Shown here: positions 37,511 through 48,131 of the stretch, in pieces | How the letters are laid out: each line of letters begins with the position of its first letter | Numbering within the stretch: position 1 is the first letter of the stretch | Origin: an uncultured Alistipes sp. | GTDB lineage: Bacteria; Bacteroidota; Bacteroidia; Bacteroidales; Rikenellaceae | Assembly: GCA_944320665.1 (NCBI GenBank) | Contig: CALUII010000001.1 | Span: 13,344 to 77,343, forward strand | Length of the DNA: 64,000 nt | Direction: 5' to 3' | The notes under the pieces: generated by a model | Told to the model about the DNA's origin: nothing | The model's input: the letters and a program-made list of their open reading frames with translations, nothing else | Database searches by the model: none | Program-made: the position numbers and the translations under genes

Positions 37511-39820
37511 TCAATAGAAGGTGCCGCGCTGGGCAAAGAGCGCATAACCGAAGTTGAATGTGAGGTACATGTTGTTCCAGTTACCCAGATCGTACTTGGT
37601 GAGCGAGAGGCTCACGGGTCCGATCGAGGTGTGGTAGACGAACGAGGCCTCGACGATGTAATGCAAGGTTTCGTCATTTGCCAGGCCGCTTTTGACCCCG
37701 GGACCCCAGTCTCGGTGGTCGCGCCACATGGCATAGAATCCGGTTCGGAAGAAGAAGTTGGGCAGCAGATCGAAGGTGGGCATGAGGCCGCCGGCGATGA
37801 ATCGCCGCGCATGGAAATCGGGCATGAAGATCATCTTCGACTGAGCGACGGGTTCGTATACGGGCATGGCCATGACGGAGGCCGTTTCGGTGAGGAATCG
37901 GGGCTGGTTGGTAATCAGCGCATCGAGATCGATTCCGAACGAGAACCACTTGATTTCGGGCAGATCGAAGTAGCGGTCCCACGACAACCGGGCTCCGACC
38001 CACTGCCGGGATTTCGCAGCGACGAATCGCGTCAGGTCGAAAGGTCTGTACTTGTCGCGCCCGGTGATGTATATACCGGAGAGGATCAGGTGGGAACCGC
38101 GTCGCGGGTAGAGGGGTTTGTCGAGCGTATTTCGCTCCATCTTGAGTTTGAGACCGAAGTAGGAGAACCGCGAGTGGTCCGTGTCGTCGGCGAGGGGGAT
38201 GTCCGAATCGTATCGGAAGTTGATGAGGCCACCGTTCGCCCTCAGTTCGATGAGGCTTCGCCTCGAGAGGGGCATTCCGGCGGCCAGCGAGGCGAAGGCT
38301 TCGCTGTTCTTGACCTGCATGGTGTTGTCGACGGCGGTGACGTTTCCGAAGGAACCGTGACGGAGGTTCTTGACGTCGAAATTGAGGGCGTAGTCGAGGT
38401 ATACGGGTTTTCCCATGTAGAAGTCGGCTCGTCCGCCGAATGCGCCCCACGTGTATAGCGGTCCGAGATAGAGGTCGGCTCCGACCGTATGGGCGACCCG
38501 TCCGATGGTTTCGTAGCTGATACCGATGTAAGCCTGGTTGAAAGCGGTGGACGAGAGGTTTCCGCCGATCATCATCTTGAAGCTGGGTTTGGTCTCCAGC
38601 CGGGCGGCAAAGGCATAGTGCTCGGTGGCCGGGTTGTAGATGGCCTTGGGGAAGTCCATGACGAAGTCGCCGCTGGCCAAAATGCCGTAGAGTTTGTCCT
38701 TGAGTTCGGGGAACTCCATGACGCGCTGTTCGTGGGACTCCTTGGGGTCGAACTTTGCGAAGTCGCGCACGTATTCGCGCTGTTTGTCGTTGAGCCCCGA
38801 TATGACGTATTCGTCGAACTGGAGCGGGGGGCACTTGGCGCGGAAAGCGGCGCGCCGTTTGGCGAAATAGGACGAGTCGCGTCGTTCGGAGATCTGTTCG
38901 AGCAGGGCGGGCATGAGCTCCATGGTGTCGTCGTATCCCATCTGGATGATGGCGACGGCGGCATCGAATTCGAGCATGCCGACGGGCACGGCCCGTCGGA
39001 TCATGAGGCTACGGCCCTCGGGCAGCGAGTAGTCCGAGTCGTGCATCGAGAGGACGAGTGCCTGCTCCATGAGGTCGTTGTTCTCGCTGGGCGGGGTATT
39101 TCCCTTGGTGCAGACGGAGCCGATGATGAATCCGGGTCTGAAGCATTCGTCCATGGGTCTCCAGGGGAAGTTGTCGTAGATTCCGCCGTCATAGAGGATC
39201 ATGGAGTCGATCTTCATGGGTTTGAATACGAGCGGGATGGACATCGACGAGCGCACGGCCTCGCCCAGATCTCCGTCGCGCATGACGACGCCTTCGCGAG
39301 CGTTGAGGTCGCTGGCGACGCAGAGGAACGGGACCATGAGGTTGTCGAAGTCCCCGCCGGCGGCGGCGGTAGCCGGAGCGAGGAGTTCGAGGAGCGCCAT
39401 GTCGATCGGAGTGGACGAAAGGAGGTTTTTGGGGACCTGGAGGCGTTTACCCTCGGCCTGGTCGAAGTTTACCCTCAGGTTGAGGAACGAGGGGATGCGT
39501 CCGATCTGCCGGTAGTAGGGCATGCAGAGCGGGTCGATACGTCCCGAGACCCACTCCTTGACGACGCCCGAAGCGACGATCTGTTTGAGTTCGTCGGGCG
39601 AGTACCCGGCAGCATAGAGCGCAGCGACGATCGAACCCATGGATGTTCCGGCGACGTAGTCGATCGGTATTCCGTTCTCCTCGAGCGCCTCGAGCACGCC
39701 GATATGGTAGAGCCCCTTTGCGCCTCCGCCGCTCATCACGACGCCGACGGACTGTGCACGGAGCCCCTGCAGCCCCAAAGTGGCCCCCAGGAGAAGAAAA
39801 GCGAGGAGTCTGCGCAGCAT
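37511..39820 (-). CDS. patatin-like phospholipase with probable C-terminal beta-barrel (PlpD-like)
   Basis: Signal peptide, SGGGAKG, GTSMG, DGG; C-terminal YLTFNFGY. Confidence 0.88.
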   Translation of the reverse strand: MLRRLLAFLLLGATLGLQGLRAQSVGVVMSGGGAKGLYHIGVLEALEENGIPIDYVAGTSMGSIVAALYAAGYSPDELKQIVASGVVKEWVSGRIDPLCMPYYRQIGRIPSFLNLRVNFDQAEGKRLQVPKNLLSSTPIDMALLELLAPATAAAGGDFDNLMVPFLCVASDLNAREGVVMRDGDLGEAVRSSMSIPLVFKPMKIDSMILYDGGIYDNFPWRPMDECFRPGFIIGSVCTKGNTPPSENNDLMEQALVLSMHDSDYSLPEGRSLMIRRAVPVGMLEFDAAVAIIQMGYDDTMELMPALLEQISERRDSSYFAKRRAAFRAKCPPLQFDEYVISGLNDKQREYVRDFAKFDPKESHEQRVMEFPELKDKLYGILASGDFVMDFPKAIYNPATEHYAFAARLETKPSFKMMIGGNLSSTAFNQAYIGISYETIGRVAHTVGADLYLGPLYTWGAFGGRADFYMGKPVYLDYALNFDVKNLRHGSFGNVTAVDNTMQVKNSEAFASLAAGMPLSRRSLIELRANGGLINFRYDSDIPLADDTDHSRFSYFGLKLKMERNTLDKPLYPRRGSHLILSGIYITGRDKYRPFDLTRFVAAKSRQWVGARLSWDRYFDLPEIKWFSFGIDLDALITNQPRFLTETASVMAMPVYEPVAQSKMIFMPDFHARRFIAGGLMPTFDLLPNFFFRTGFYAMWRDHRDWGPGVKSGLANDETLHYIVEASFVYHTSIGPVSLSLTKYDLGNWNNMYLTFNFGYALFAQRGTFY

Positions 39821-39894
39821 ATATGTAAATTTTTTATAACTTTGCGTGTTAAAAGCGCCCATAAAAGTAGGTAAAAAGTACAAACATTCAAAAT

Positions 39895-40920
39895 ATGATC
39901 GACAAAATCAACGAACTCCTTCGCCAAGTAGAAGAGTTCAAACCGAAGGCAGCCTCCGAAGTGGAGGAGTTCCGCATCCGCATCCTCGGCAAGAAGGGGG
40001 CTCTGAACCACCTGATGGAGGAGTTCAAGAGCGTGGCTCCGGAGCTGAAACGCGAACTGGGTCAGCAGCTCAACAAACTGAAGACGACGGCCACCGAACG
40101 CATCAACACGCTGCGCGAGGAGCTGAGCGCCACGGCGGCAGCCGAGGCGTCGCACGTCGAGGACATGACACGTCCGGGTTCGGCCTCGGAGCTGGGTTCG
40201 CGCCACCCGATCTCGCTGGTTCGCAACCAGATCGTCGAGGTCTTCACGCGCCTGGGCTACACGGTGGCCGAGGGTCCCGAGATCGAGGACGACTGGCACG
40301 TCTTCTCGGCGCTGAACTTCCCGCCCGAGCACCCGGCACGCGACATGCAGGACACGTTCTTCATCGAGAAGAATCCGGACATTCTGCTTCGCACGCACAC
40401 GTCGTCGATCCAGGTACGTACGATGGAGCGCCAGAAACCGCCGATCCGCGTGATCTGCCCGGGCCGCGTCTTCCGCAACGAGGCGATCTCGTACCGTGCG
40501 CACTGCATCTTCCACCAGATCGAGGGTCTCTACATCGACGAGGGGGTTTCGTTTGCCGACCTGAAGCAGTCGCTGCTCTACTTCGCCAAGGAGCTCTTCG
40601 GCGAGCAGGCCCGCATCCGCATGCGTCCGTCGTACTTTCCGTTCACGGAGCCGTCGGCCGAGGTGGACGTATCGTGCAACCTGTGCGGCGGCAAGGGATG
40701 CAACGTCTGCAAGGGCACGGGCTGGCTCGAGATCATGGGCTGCGGCATGGTCGATCCGAACGTGCTCCGTTCGTGCAACATCGACCCGGAGAAGTATTCG
40801 GGCTTCGCCTTCGGTATGGGCGTTGAGCGCATCGCGATGCTGAAGTACGGCGTGAAGGACCTCCGCCTCTACTTCGAGAACGACGTGCGCTTCCTGCACC
40901 AGTTCGACTCGGCACTCTGA
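39895..40920 (+). CDS. pheS: phenylalanine--tRNA ligase alpha subunit
   Basis: HPARDMQDTF, LRTHTS, FHQIEG, YFPFTEPS, GFAFGMGVER. Confidence 0.98.
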   Translation: MIDKINELLRQVEEFKPKAASEVEEFRIRILGKKGALNHLMEEFKSVAPELKRELGQQLNKLKTTATERINTLREELSATAAAEASHVEDMTRPGSASELGSRHPISLVRNQIVEVFTRLGYTVAEGPEIEDDWHVFSALNFPPEHPARDMQDTFFIEKNPDILLRTHTSSIQVRTMERQKPPIRVICPGRVFRNEAISYRAHCIFHQIEGLYIDEGVSFADLKQSLLYFAKELFGEQARIRMRPSYFPFTEPSAEVDVSCNLCGGKGCNVCKGTGWLEIMGCGMVDPNVLRSCNIDPEKYSGFAFGMGVERIAMLKYGVKDLRLYFENDVRFLHQFDSAL

Positions 40921-40958
40921 GTCGGGTCAACCCCTTATCCCCACACCTCACGAGCGAG

Positions 40959-42734
40959 ATGAAGAAACGTCCGGTGTCGCTACTGCTGCTGAGTCTGCTC
41001 TTCTGCACGGCCTTTGCCGGAGGCAGGAGGGGGGCCGGGGCGTCGTGCCCGTCGGTGGCCGACACGGTTCCGGATTCGGTGCGGAGCCTCTATTACTACA
41101 CGGAGGGTCTCAAGCAGCGTCAGATCAAGGGCGACACCGTGGGAGCGGCAGCCTCGTTCCGCGCCGCAATCGGCCACGACACGACCTACGCGCCGGCCTA
41201 CTACGAGCTGGCCGCGACGTGGGGCGAGAGCGCCCCGCAACGGCTCGACGAGGTGATCCGCCTTTCGGGCACGGCGAGCCGTCTCGACACCACGAACAAG
41301 TGGTACCTCCAACTCTACGGACAATCGCTCGTACTGGGCAGCCGCTACGACCGTGCGACGGAGGTCTACCGTCGCCTGACGCGGCTCGATCCGCGCAATG
41401 CGGACCACTACCGGCTGCTTGCGGCACTCTACGAGCAGCTGCAGCGCCCCACGGAGGCCCTTGCGGTGCTCGACACGGCGACCGTACGCTTCGGCCGCCT
41501 CGCGCCGCTGGAGGCGATGAAACAGCGGCTGCTGCTCGCCACCGGACAGTACGAGCGCGCGACCCGGGAGGCCGAAGCACTTGTTGCGGCCGAACCCTAC
41601 GAGGCGTCCCACCGCCTGGCGCTGGGCCAGATCTACGAACGCACGGGGCGCGACTCCATGGCCCAGGCGACCTACAGCCGGGCGGTAGCGCTGGCCCCGG
41701 GCGACCTGACGACGCTGGCGGTGGTGGGCGACTACTACAACCGCAAGCGCAACTACCGGGCCTTTCTGAGCATCACGCGCCGCCTGTTCGAATCGGACGC
41801 CCTCTCGGTCGAGGGAAAGGTTTCGCAATTCGAACGGCTGACGTCGGACGTGCGTTTCTACCGCGAATACTACCTTCAGATCAATGAGCTGGCCGAACTT
41901 CTGGCCCTGAAGTACCCGCAGGATCCGTCGGTAGCGGACCTCTACGGGCAACACCTGATCGCCTCGGGCGAACTGGACAAGGCGCTGTCCCTCTACAAGG
42001 CACACACGAGCGACCGTCCGGCGGTGAAGCGCTACTTCACGATGGTGATCGACATCGAGAGCTACAAACAGCGCCCCGATTCGGCCGAACGGTACGTGCA
42101 GGAGGCGCAGCGCCTCTTCCCGGATGATGCGGAGTTCCGCATCGCGCGGGGCCACCTCCACGCCTATGCCAAACGCTACAACGAGGCGGTCAAGAGCTAC
42201 CGAGCCTCCCTTCCCTACGCGACGACCGATTCGCTGCGTGGCGTGATCTGGGGCTACATCGGCGACAGCTACTACGGCGCCGGCGAGACGCGCCGCTGCT
42301 ACAAGGCCTACGACCGTTCGCTCCGCTACTGGCTCGAGAACGCAATGGTACTCAACAACTACGCCTACTTCCTCGCGGAGGAGGGTCGTCGTCTGGGCGA
42401 GGCGCTCGACCTGTCGGGACGCGCCGTGGCCCTCGAGGGGAACAATCCGACCTACCTGGACACGTACGGCTGGGTGCTCTACAAACTGGGTCGCATCGAG
42501 GAGGCGAAGAAGACGATGCAGCTGGCCATCTCGCTCGACGGCGGACGGAGTGCCGATCTTCAGCTTCACTACGGCGACATCCTCGCGGCATCGGGCGAAC
42601 GCTTCATGGCCGAGGTCTACTGGCGCAAGGCACTGGAGAACGGCTACGAGGATCCGGAAGCGATATCGCAGCGGTTCGAACGCCTCCAGGCGGAATCGCC
42701 GAATGCCAAGGAACGCAATACCCCCCGCAAATGA
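40959..42734 (+). CDS. tetratricopeptide repeat protein, secreted
   Basis: Signal peptide, helical repeats, LNNYAYFLA, YLDTYGWVLY. Confidence 0.85.
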   Translation: MKKRPVSLLLLSLLFCTAFAGGRRGAGASCPSVADTVPDSVRSLYYYTEGLKQRQIKGDTVGAAASFRAAIGHDTTYAPAYYELAATWGESAPQRLDEVIRLSGTASRLDTTNKWYLQLYGQSLVLGSRYDRATEVYRRLTRLDPRNADHYRLLAALYEQLQRPTEALAVLDTATVRFGRLAPLEAMKQRLLLATGQYERATREAEALVAAEPYEASHRLALGQIYERTGRDSMAQATYSRAVALAPGDLTTLAVVGDYYNRKRNYRAFLSITRRLFESDALSVEGKVSQFERLTSDVRFYREYYLQINELAELLALKYPQDPSVADLYGQHLIASGELDKALSLYKAHTSDRPAVKRYFTMVIDIESYKQRPDSAERYVQEAQRLFPDDAEFRIARGHLHAYAKRYNEAVKSYRASLPYATTDSLRGVIWGYIGDSYYGAGETRRCYKAYDRSLRYWLENAMVLNNYAYFLAEEGRRLGEALDLSGRAVALEGNNPTYLDTYGWVLYKLGRIEEAKKTMQLAISLDGGRSADLQLHYGDILAASGERFMAEVYWRKALENGYEDPEAISQRFERLQAESPNAKERNTPRK

Positions 42735-43867
42735 GACGCCGTACGTATATTTCCATGCTGCTCGTCGCAGTCGCGTGCGTGACGCTTGCGCAGCCCGTCC
42801 GGAGCCAGAACAGCTCCCAGATCGAGGCTCAGAAGCAGGTCATCGCACGTCTCGAAGCGCAGATCGCACGTCAGGAGCGCGAATTGTCGCGCCTGAAGCA
42901 GGGTCGCGCCCAAAGCGAGGAGCGTGTACGCCAGCTGGCCCGCCAGATCGACTCACGTAACCAGCTGCTCGAGGCGCAGGAGCGCCAGGCCGAACTGCTG
43001 GGCGTGCAACTCACGCGCACGAATGCAACGGCCGACAGCCTGAGCCAGGCACTCGAACGGAACCGCACGCTCTACGGCGCCATGGTTCGCGAGGCCTACC
43101 GCAACTACCGGCACGAGAACTACCTGACCTACCTATTTTCGGCGGAGGATTTTGCAGACATCGCGCGGAAGATAGCCAACCTGCGCGCCGTGTCCCAGAT
43201 GCGTGCCGAGAAGCTGCGCACCATCGCACGTCTGAAGGAGGAGGTCACGACGGAGCAGGAGCTGCTCGACCGCCGCAAACGGGCCCTTGATTCGGTGACG
43301 TCGCAACTGCGGGCACAACGCACGAAACTCGAACAGGACGCCCGCCGGGCACGTTCGGAGGTTCAGCGGCTCACGAAACAGGAGAAACAACGCCTGCAAC
43401 AGAAGATCGCCCAGGAGCAGCAGCTCGACGTGGCGATCGAGAGGCTTCGCAAGTTGTCGCGCGGCAACCGCGAGGGCGACTCGTTCTCGTCGAAGACGAC
43501 GGGTCTGCGCCTGCCGGTAGCGTCGGGACGCGTGCGGCGCTACAAGGGAAACATGGCGGAGATCACGGGACCGAAGGGTGCCCGCGTGACGTCGATCTAC
43601 GACGGCAAGGTGGTCGAGATCAAGCGCAACCGCATCACGAACAAATACGACGTCTACATTGCCCACGGCGAATACCTGACCTCGTACGCGAACCTTGGCA
43701 CGGTGAGCGTGACGAAGGATCAGAAGGTATCCCGTAACCAGCAGATCGGCACGATCGGCTCGTCGGTGAACATCCAGACGATGGAGACGGAGTATAAGCT
43801 GGTCTTCGGCATCTACTCGCCGTCGCCCACGGAGAAGATGCAGGCGGAGAAGTGTTTTCGCAAATAG
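42731..43867 (+). CDS. envC: EnvC-like murein hydrolase activator (coiled coil + degenerate M23)
   Basis: Long coiled coil, VTSIYDGKV, IAHGEYLTSYANL, QQIG; metal ligands absent. Confidence 0.75.
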   Translation: MRRRTYISMLLVAVACVTLAQPVRSQNSSQIEAQKQVIARLEAQIARQERELSRLKQGRAQSEERVRQLARQIDSRNQLLEAQERQAELLGVQLTRTNATADSLSQALERNRTLYGAMVREAYRNYRHENYLTYLFSAEDFADIARKIANLRAVSQMRAEKLRTIARLKEEVTTEQELLDRRKRALDSVTSQLRAQRTKLEQDARRARSEVQRLTKQEKQRLQQKIAQEQQLDVAIERLRKLSRGNREGDSFSSKTTGLRLPVASGRVRRYKGNMAEITGPKGARVTSIYDGKVVEIKRNRITNKYDVYIAHGEYLTSYANLGTVSVTKDQKVSRNQQIGTIGSSVNIQTMETEYKLVFGIYSPSPTEKMQAEKCFRK

Positions 43868-43884
43868 AGAGTGAAGCAAGGATC

Positions 43885-44340
43885 ATGGCAGTAAGATACT
43901 ATACGGATGGATGCAGCTACCGTCTTCCCGAGAAGCGGCGCACGAGCGCCTGGCTGTCGGAGGTCGCGCGGAGCGAGGGGTACACGCTGGGTGATGTAAC
44001 CTACATATTCTGCTCGGCGGCACGTCTTCTGGAGATGAACCGCCAGTACCTCGGACACGACTACTACACGGATGTGATCACGTTCGACTACAGCGACCGG
44101 CGCAAAGCCCGATACATATCGGGCGACATCTTCATCGACGTAGAGACGGTTGCGGACAACGCGCGACTCTACGGATGCGAACGGCTCGAAGAGATGCGAC
44201 GGGTAGTGGTCCACGGCGTGCTTCACCTCTGCGGACAGAACGACAAGACGCCGCGCACGAACGCACAGATGCACCGCAAGGAGGACAAATACCTGGCCTA
44301 CTGGCATCGCACGGCATCGGAGGAACAGAAGGAGCAGTAG
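43885..44340 (+). CDS. ybeY: rRNA maturation RNase YbeY
   Basis: NRQYLGHDYYTDVITF, GDIFI, HGVLHLCG. Confidence 0.93.
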   Translation: MAVRYYTDGCSYRLPEKRRTSAWLSEVARSEGYTLGDVTYIFCSAARLLEMNRQYLGHDYYTDVITFDYSDRRKARYISGDIFIDVETVADNARLYGCERLEEMRRVVVHGVLHLCGQNDKTPRTNAQMHRKEDKYLAYWHRTASEEQKEQ

Positions 44341-44860
44341 GGGCAGTAGGAGCCGCACATGAGGGATCGCCTCGCCCAGCGGCCGCTACCATGTGATTGA
44401 CGACGTGCAGCCGCCAGGCAGTGGTCATAGGCCGCGGCATGCGTGCCTTCGGATTCGCTACCTCCGCACGAGGCCATCGGGTAGCGGAACGATGCGGGCC
44501 CCGTTTTTCATGCCGCCTCGTGCGAGCCAGTGCATCCGGAACCGGCATGGGCCCCGCCCCGCGAAGAGACGCCGCAACGAGGTGCACGGGACAGGTGCGC
44601 GGAACGTACGCAAGGCGCGAGGGCAGAATGGGTAAAAAGAGCCCCTTACACCTCCCTTCGCAGCCCGAACAATAAAACCCACACCCATCTGGTATTCATG
44701 CAAAATTTCGGGCTGTTTCGGGCCATTTCGGGCACACATCCATCCGGCTATCCGACCAAACGAAGCGGACGCAGCGGGCCAATGGCCAGATAATTCGCCA
44801 CACACCTCTGCACGGAGCACGCATACGGAGCGAGACAGCAATACAACGCAACATACCATT

Positions 44861-46861
44861 ATGAAGACACTCACATACGATATTATAGTCATCGGAGGCG
44901 GCCACGCGGGCTGCGAGGCTGCCGCGGCCGCAGCACGCCTGGGATCGCGGACGCTGCTGCTGACGATGGACATGGAGAAATTTGCGGCCATGTCGTGCAA
45001 TCCGGCCGTAGGCGGTGTAGCTAAAGGGCAGATTGTCAGAGAGATAGATGCGCTTGGAGGTCAAATGGGGCGGATTACGGACCTGACGTCGATCCAGTTT
45101 CGGATGCTGAACCGATCGAAAGGGGCCGCCATGTGGAGTCCGCGAGCGCAGTGCGACAAGCACCGTTTTACGGAGGAGTGGCGCCGCACGCTCGAGACGA
45201 CGCCGAACCTCTACATCTGGCAGGACAGTGCCGTAGAGCTGCTTTTCGACACGCAGTCCCCCGGCGAGGACGGGGGAACCAGCACCCCGCAGCCCAGTAC
45301 GCCCTCCACCACCAGCCGCGTCGACCAGCCGGGCCCAGCGTTCGCACCCGCCGAACCGGCGCCCTCAGAGCGCCTTCGGGTCTGCGGCGTTCGCACACGC
45401 ATGGGCGTGACGTTCCGCTGCCGTGCCGTGGTGTTGACGAGCGGCACGTTTCTGGACGGAATGATGTACTGCGGACGGTCGCACGCCGAAGGGGGCCGTG
45501 CCGGCGACGCGGCGTCGCACGGACTGACCGCCTGTCTGCAGCGGTGCGGCTTCGAGACGGGGCGCATGAAGACCGGGACCCCGGCGCGACTCGATGCACG
45601 CACAATCCACTTCGAGCGGCTCGAACGGCAGGAAGGGGATCCCCATCCGGGCAAATTTTCCTATTCGAAGGCGACGCGAGCCCTACCGCTCGACGAACAG
45701 CTGCCGTGCTACATCGTCTACACGACGCCCGAAGTGCATGCCATACTGAAGGAGGGATTTGCCGATTCGCCGCTTTTCAACGGGACCATCCACGGCATTG
45801 GGCCACGCTACTGCCCGAGTATCGAGGATAAACTGCGCACGTTCGCAGGCAAGGATCAGCACCAGCTCTTTCTCGAACCCGAGGGTCGGACGACGAACGA
45901 ATACTATCTGAACGGTTTTTCGTCGTCGCTGCCGTGGGAGATCCAGCTTGAGGCGCTGCACCGCATTGCCGGATTCGAGGATCTTCACATCTACCGTCCG
46001 GGCTACGCCATCGAATACGACTATTTTCCGCCAACACAACTGCACCACACGCTGGAGACGAAACGCGTATCGGGGCTCTATTTTGCCGGTCAGGTAAACG
46101 GCACGACGGGCTACGAAGAGGCCGCCGCACAGGGTCTGATGGCGGGCATCAATGCGCATCGCTCGCTGCGAGGGGAGGGGGCGTTTGTATTGCGACGCGA
46201 CGAGGCCTACATCGGCGTCCTGATCGACGACCTGGTGACCAAAGGGGTCGACGAACCCTACCGCATGTTCACGTCACGAGCCGAGTACCGCATACTGCTG
46301 CGACAGGACAACGCCGACCTTCGGTTGACCCCGAAAGGGTACGAAATCGGGCTGATTTCGGAAGAGCGATACAAGGAATTCGAACAAAAAAAATCAGCCG
46401 TAGAATCGCTTGTAGCCTACACACACCGACAGAGCGTACGTACAGACGAAATTAACGGCTATCTGGAATCGATCGGTGAAGAGCCCTTACAGCAGGGACG
46501 TAAGCTCTACGACCTCATTGTACGCAATCGCGTGACGCTGCAAGGCCTGGCGGAGGCATTTCCGCGACTCGGCCGTTTCATCGCCGATCAGGGGATCGAC
46601 GCCGAGGCGGTCGAGGAGGCCGAGATACAAATCAAGTACAAAGGCTACATTGAGCGCGAAAAATTCATTGCCGACAAACTTCATCGCCTCGAAAATATTG
46701 AAATTCCCGAAAATTTCGATTTTTCGCAACTTCAATCCCTCACCATCGAGGCCCGTCAAAAACTCTCGCGCATTCGGCCACACACCATTGGACAAGCCTC
46801 GCGTATTCCCGGGGTTTCACCGGCAGACGTAAGCGTTCTGCTGGTAAAATTCGGTCGCTGA
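44861..46861 (+). CDS. mnmG: tRNA uridine-5-carboxymethylaminomethyl modification enzyme
   Basis: [63 protein letters not shown]. Confidence 0.98.
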   Translation: MKTLTYDIIVIGGGHAGCEAAAAAARLGSRTLLLTMDMEKFAAMSCNPAVGGVAKGQIVREIDALGGQMGRITDLTSIQFRMLNRSKGAAMWSPRAQCDKHRFTEEWRRTLETTPNLYIWQDSAVELLFDTQSPGEDGGTSTPQPSTPSTTSRVDQPGPAFAPAEPAPSERLRVCGVRTRMGVTFRCRAVVLTSGTFLDGMMYCGRSHAEGGRAGDAASHGLTACLQRCGFETGRMKTGTPARLDARTIHFERLERQEGDPHPGKFSYSKATRALPLDEQLPCYIVYTTPEVHAILKEGFADSPLFNGTIHGIGPRYCPSIEDKLRTFAGKDQHQLFLEPEGRTTNEYYLNGFSSSLPWEIQLEALHRIAGFEDLHIYRPGYAIEYDYFPPTQLHHTLETKRVSGLYFAGQVNGTTGYEEAAAQGLMAGINAHRSLRGEGAFVLRRDEAYIGVLIDDLVTKGVDEPYRMFTSRAEYRILLRQDNADLRLTPKGYEIGLISEERYKEFEQKKSAVESLVAYTHRQSVRTDEINGYLESIGEEPLQQGRKLYDLIVRNRVTLQGLAEAFPRLGRFIADQGIDAEAVEEAEIQIKYKGYIEREKFIADKLHRLENIEIPENFDFSQLQSLTIEARQKLSRIRPHTIGQASRIPGVSPADVSVLLVKFGR

Positions 46862-46875
46862 CACCCGCAACCCAC

Positions 46876-46919
46876 TAACAAAAGGAGGGTGTTCCACGTG
46901 GAACATCCTCCTTTTGTTA
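46876..46919. terminator. hairpin after mnmG whose core is a parS palindrome
   Basis: TAACAAAAGGAGG-G-TGTTCCAC/GTGGAACA-T-CCTCCTTTTGTTA. Confidence 0.65.
46890..46905. promoter_or_regulatory. parS: parS centromere-like site 1
   Basis: Perfect 16-bp palindrome TGTTCCACGTGGAACA. Confidence 0.88.
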
Positions 46920-46960
46920 CCCCTCCCCAAAACACATACCACCCACCTTACACCAAGGGA

Positions 46961-46976
46961 TGTTCCACGTGGAACA
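46961..46976. promoter_or_regulatory. parS: parS centromere-like site 2
   Basis: Second identical TGTTCCACGTGGAACA, 71 bp from the first. Confidence 0.88.
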
Positions 46977-46984
46977 CCCCCCCC

Positions 46985-47021
46985 AAAAAAAAAGAGCGGC
47001 CCGCCACATGGGCGGAGCCGC
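46985..47021 (-). terminator. intrinsic terminator of ilvE
   Basis: GCGGCTCCGCC-CATGT-GGCGGGCCGC then TCTTTTTTTT on the minus strand. Confidence 0.65.
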
Positions 47022-47046
47022 GTCCGAATTGACGTTTTGTAACGGA

Positions 47047-48063
47047 TTACAATACGATGGTGCACCAGTTGTGCTTATCCTCGGCACGACCGTACTGAAT
47101 GTCCTGCAGACGAGTGTAGAGCTCCATCGAGGTCTTACCCACCTTATCCATACCGTACTCGTAGATCTTGTCGGTCTGCATGTCGACGATCTTGCCGATA
47201 GGCGAGATCACGGCAGCCGTACCGCAAGCGCCGCACTCCTCGAACGACTCGAGCTCCTCGAGCGGGATTTGACGCTCCTCAACGGTAAGGCCCATGTCGG
47301 CAGCGATCTGACGCAAGCTCTTGTTCGTGATCGAGGGGAGGATCGAAGGCGACTTCGGCGTAACATAGGTATTGTTCTTGATGCCGAAGAAGTTGGCAGC
47401 GCCGCACTCCTCAATGTACTTGTGCTCCTTGGCGTCGAGGTAGAGGACGTTGCTGAAGCCGCGCTCGTGTGCGTGCTCGCCCGAGAGGATCGAAGCAGCG
47501 TAGTTACCACCGACCTTCACATCACCCGTACCACGCGGTGCGGCACGGTCCTGTTCACGATCAAGAGCAACGACGATGGGTTTGATACCCGATTTGAAGT
47601 AAGCGCCCACGGGCGAAGCGTAAACGATCAGGAGGGCATCCTTCGAAGGCTTCACGCCGAGTCCGGCCGTCGTACCGAACATCACGGGACGCAGATAGAG
47701 CGAAGCACCTGTACCGTAGGGAGGGATGAAGCGCTCGTTGCGCTTAACGACCTCGATGCAGGCGTTAACGATCATCTCCTCGGTGGGCATGGGGAGGCAG
47801 AGGCGCTCGGCCGACGAACGCAGACGGGCGGCATTGTCCTTCACACGGAAAAGACGCACCTTACCGTCGGCACCGCGGAAGGCCTTCAGACCCTCGAACA
47901 GCTCGAGGCCGTAGTGCAGACACGAAGCCGACATGTGCATCTTGATGTACTCGTCGTCGGTCACCTGCATTTCGCCCCACTGGCCGTTTTTGAATTCGTA
48001 ACGTACGTTCCAGTCCGTCTTGAGGTAATCAAACCCCAGCGAACCCCAATCGATGTTTTCCAT
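47047..48063 (-). CDS. ilvE: branched-chain amino acid aminotransferase
   Basis: LHYGLELFEGLKA, SLYLRP, KVGGNYAAS, ECGAANFF, ILPSIT, CGTAAVISP. Confidence 0.96.
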   Translation of the reverse strand: MENIDWGSLGFDYLKTDWNVRYEFKNGQWGEMQVTDDEYIKMHMSASCLHYGLELFEGLKAFRGADGKVRLFRVKDNAARLRSSAERLCLPMPTEEMIVNACIEVVKRNERFIPPYGTGASLYLRPVMFGTTAGLGVKPSKDALLIVYASPVGAYFKSGIKPIVVALDREQDRAAPRGTGDVKVGGNYAASILSGEHAHERGFSNVLYLDAKEHKYIEECGAANFFGIKNNTYVTPKSPSILPSITNKSLRQIAADMGLTVEERQIPLEELESFEECGACGTAAVISPIGKIVDMQTDKIYEYGMDKVGKTSMELYTRLQDIQYGRAEDKHNWCTIVL

Positions 48064-48131
48064 GGTTAATTAGTTTTTAATTTGGTTAGTATTCAGTTAA
48101 CTCGAATATTCATCTTGAAAATGACCGTTCA

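Noticed and set aside
44341-44860. Possible small gene or RNA in the ybeY-mnmG spacer
   Set aside because: ORFs lack coding-like codon bias or motifs, and no recognisable structured RNA was seen.
46890-46976. Mini-CRISPR array from two identical palindromic repeats
   Set aside because: The repeats are 16 bp, match parS exactly, occur in only two copies, and no cas genes are present.
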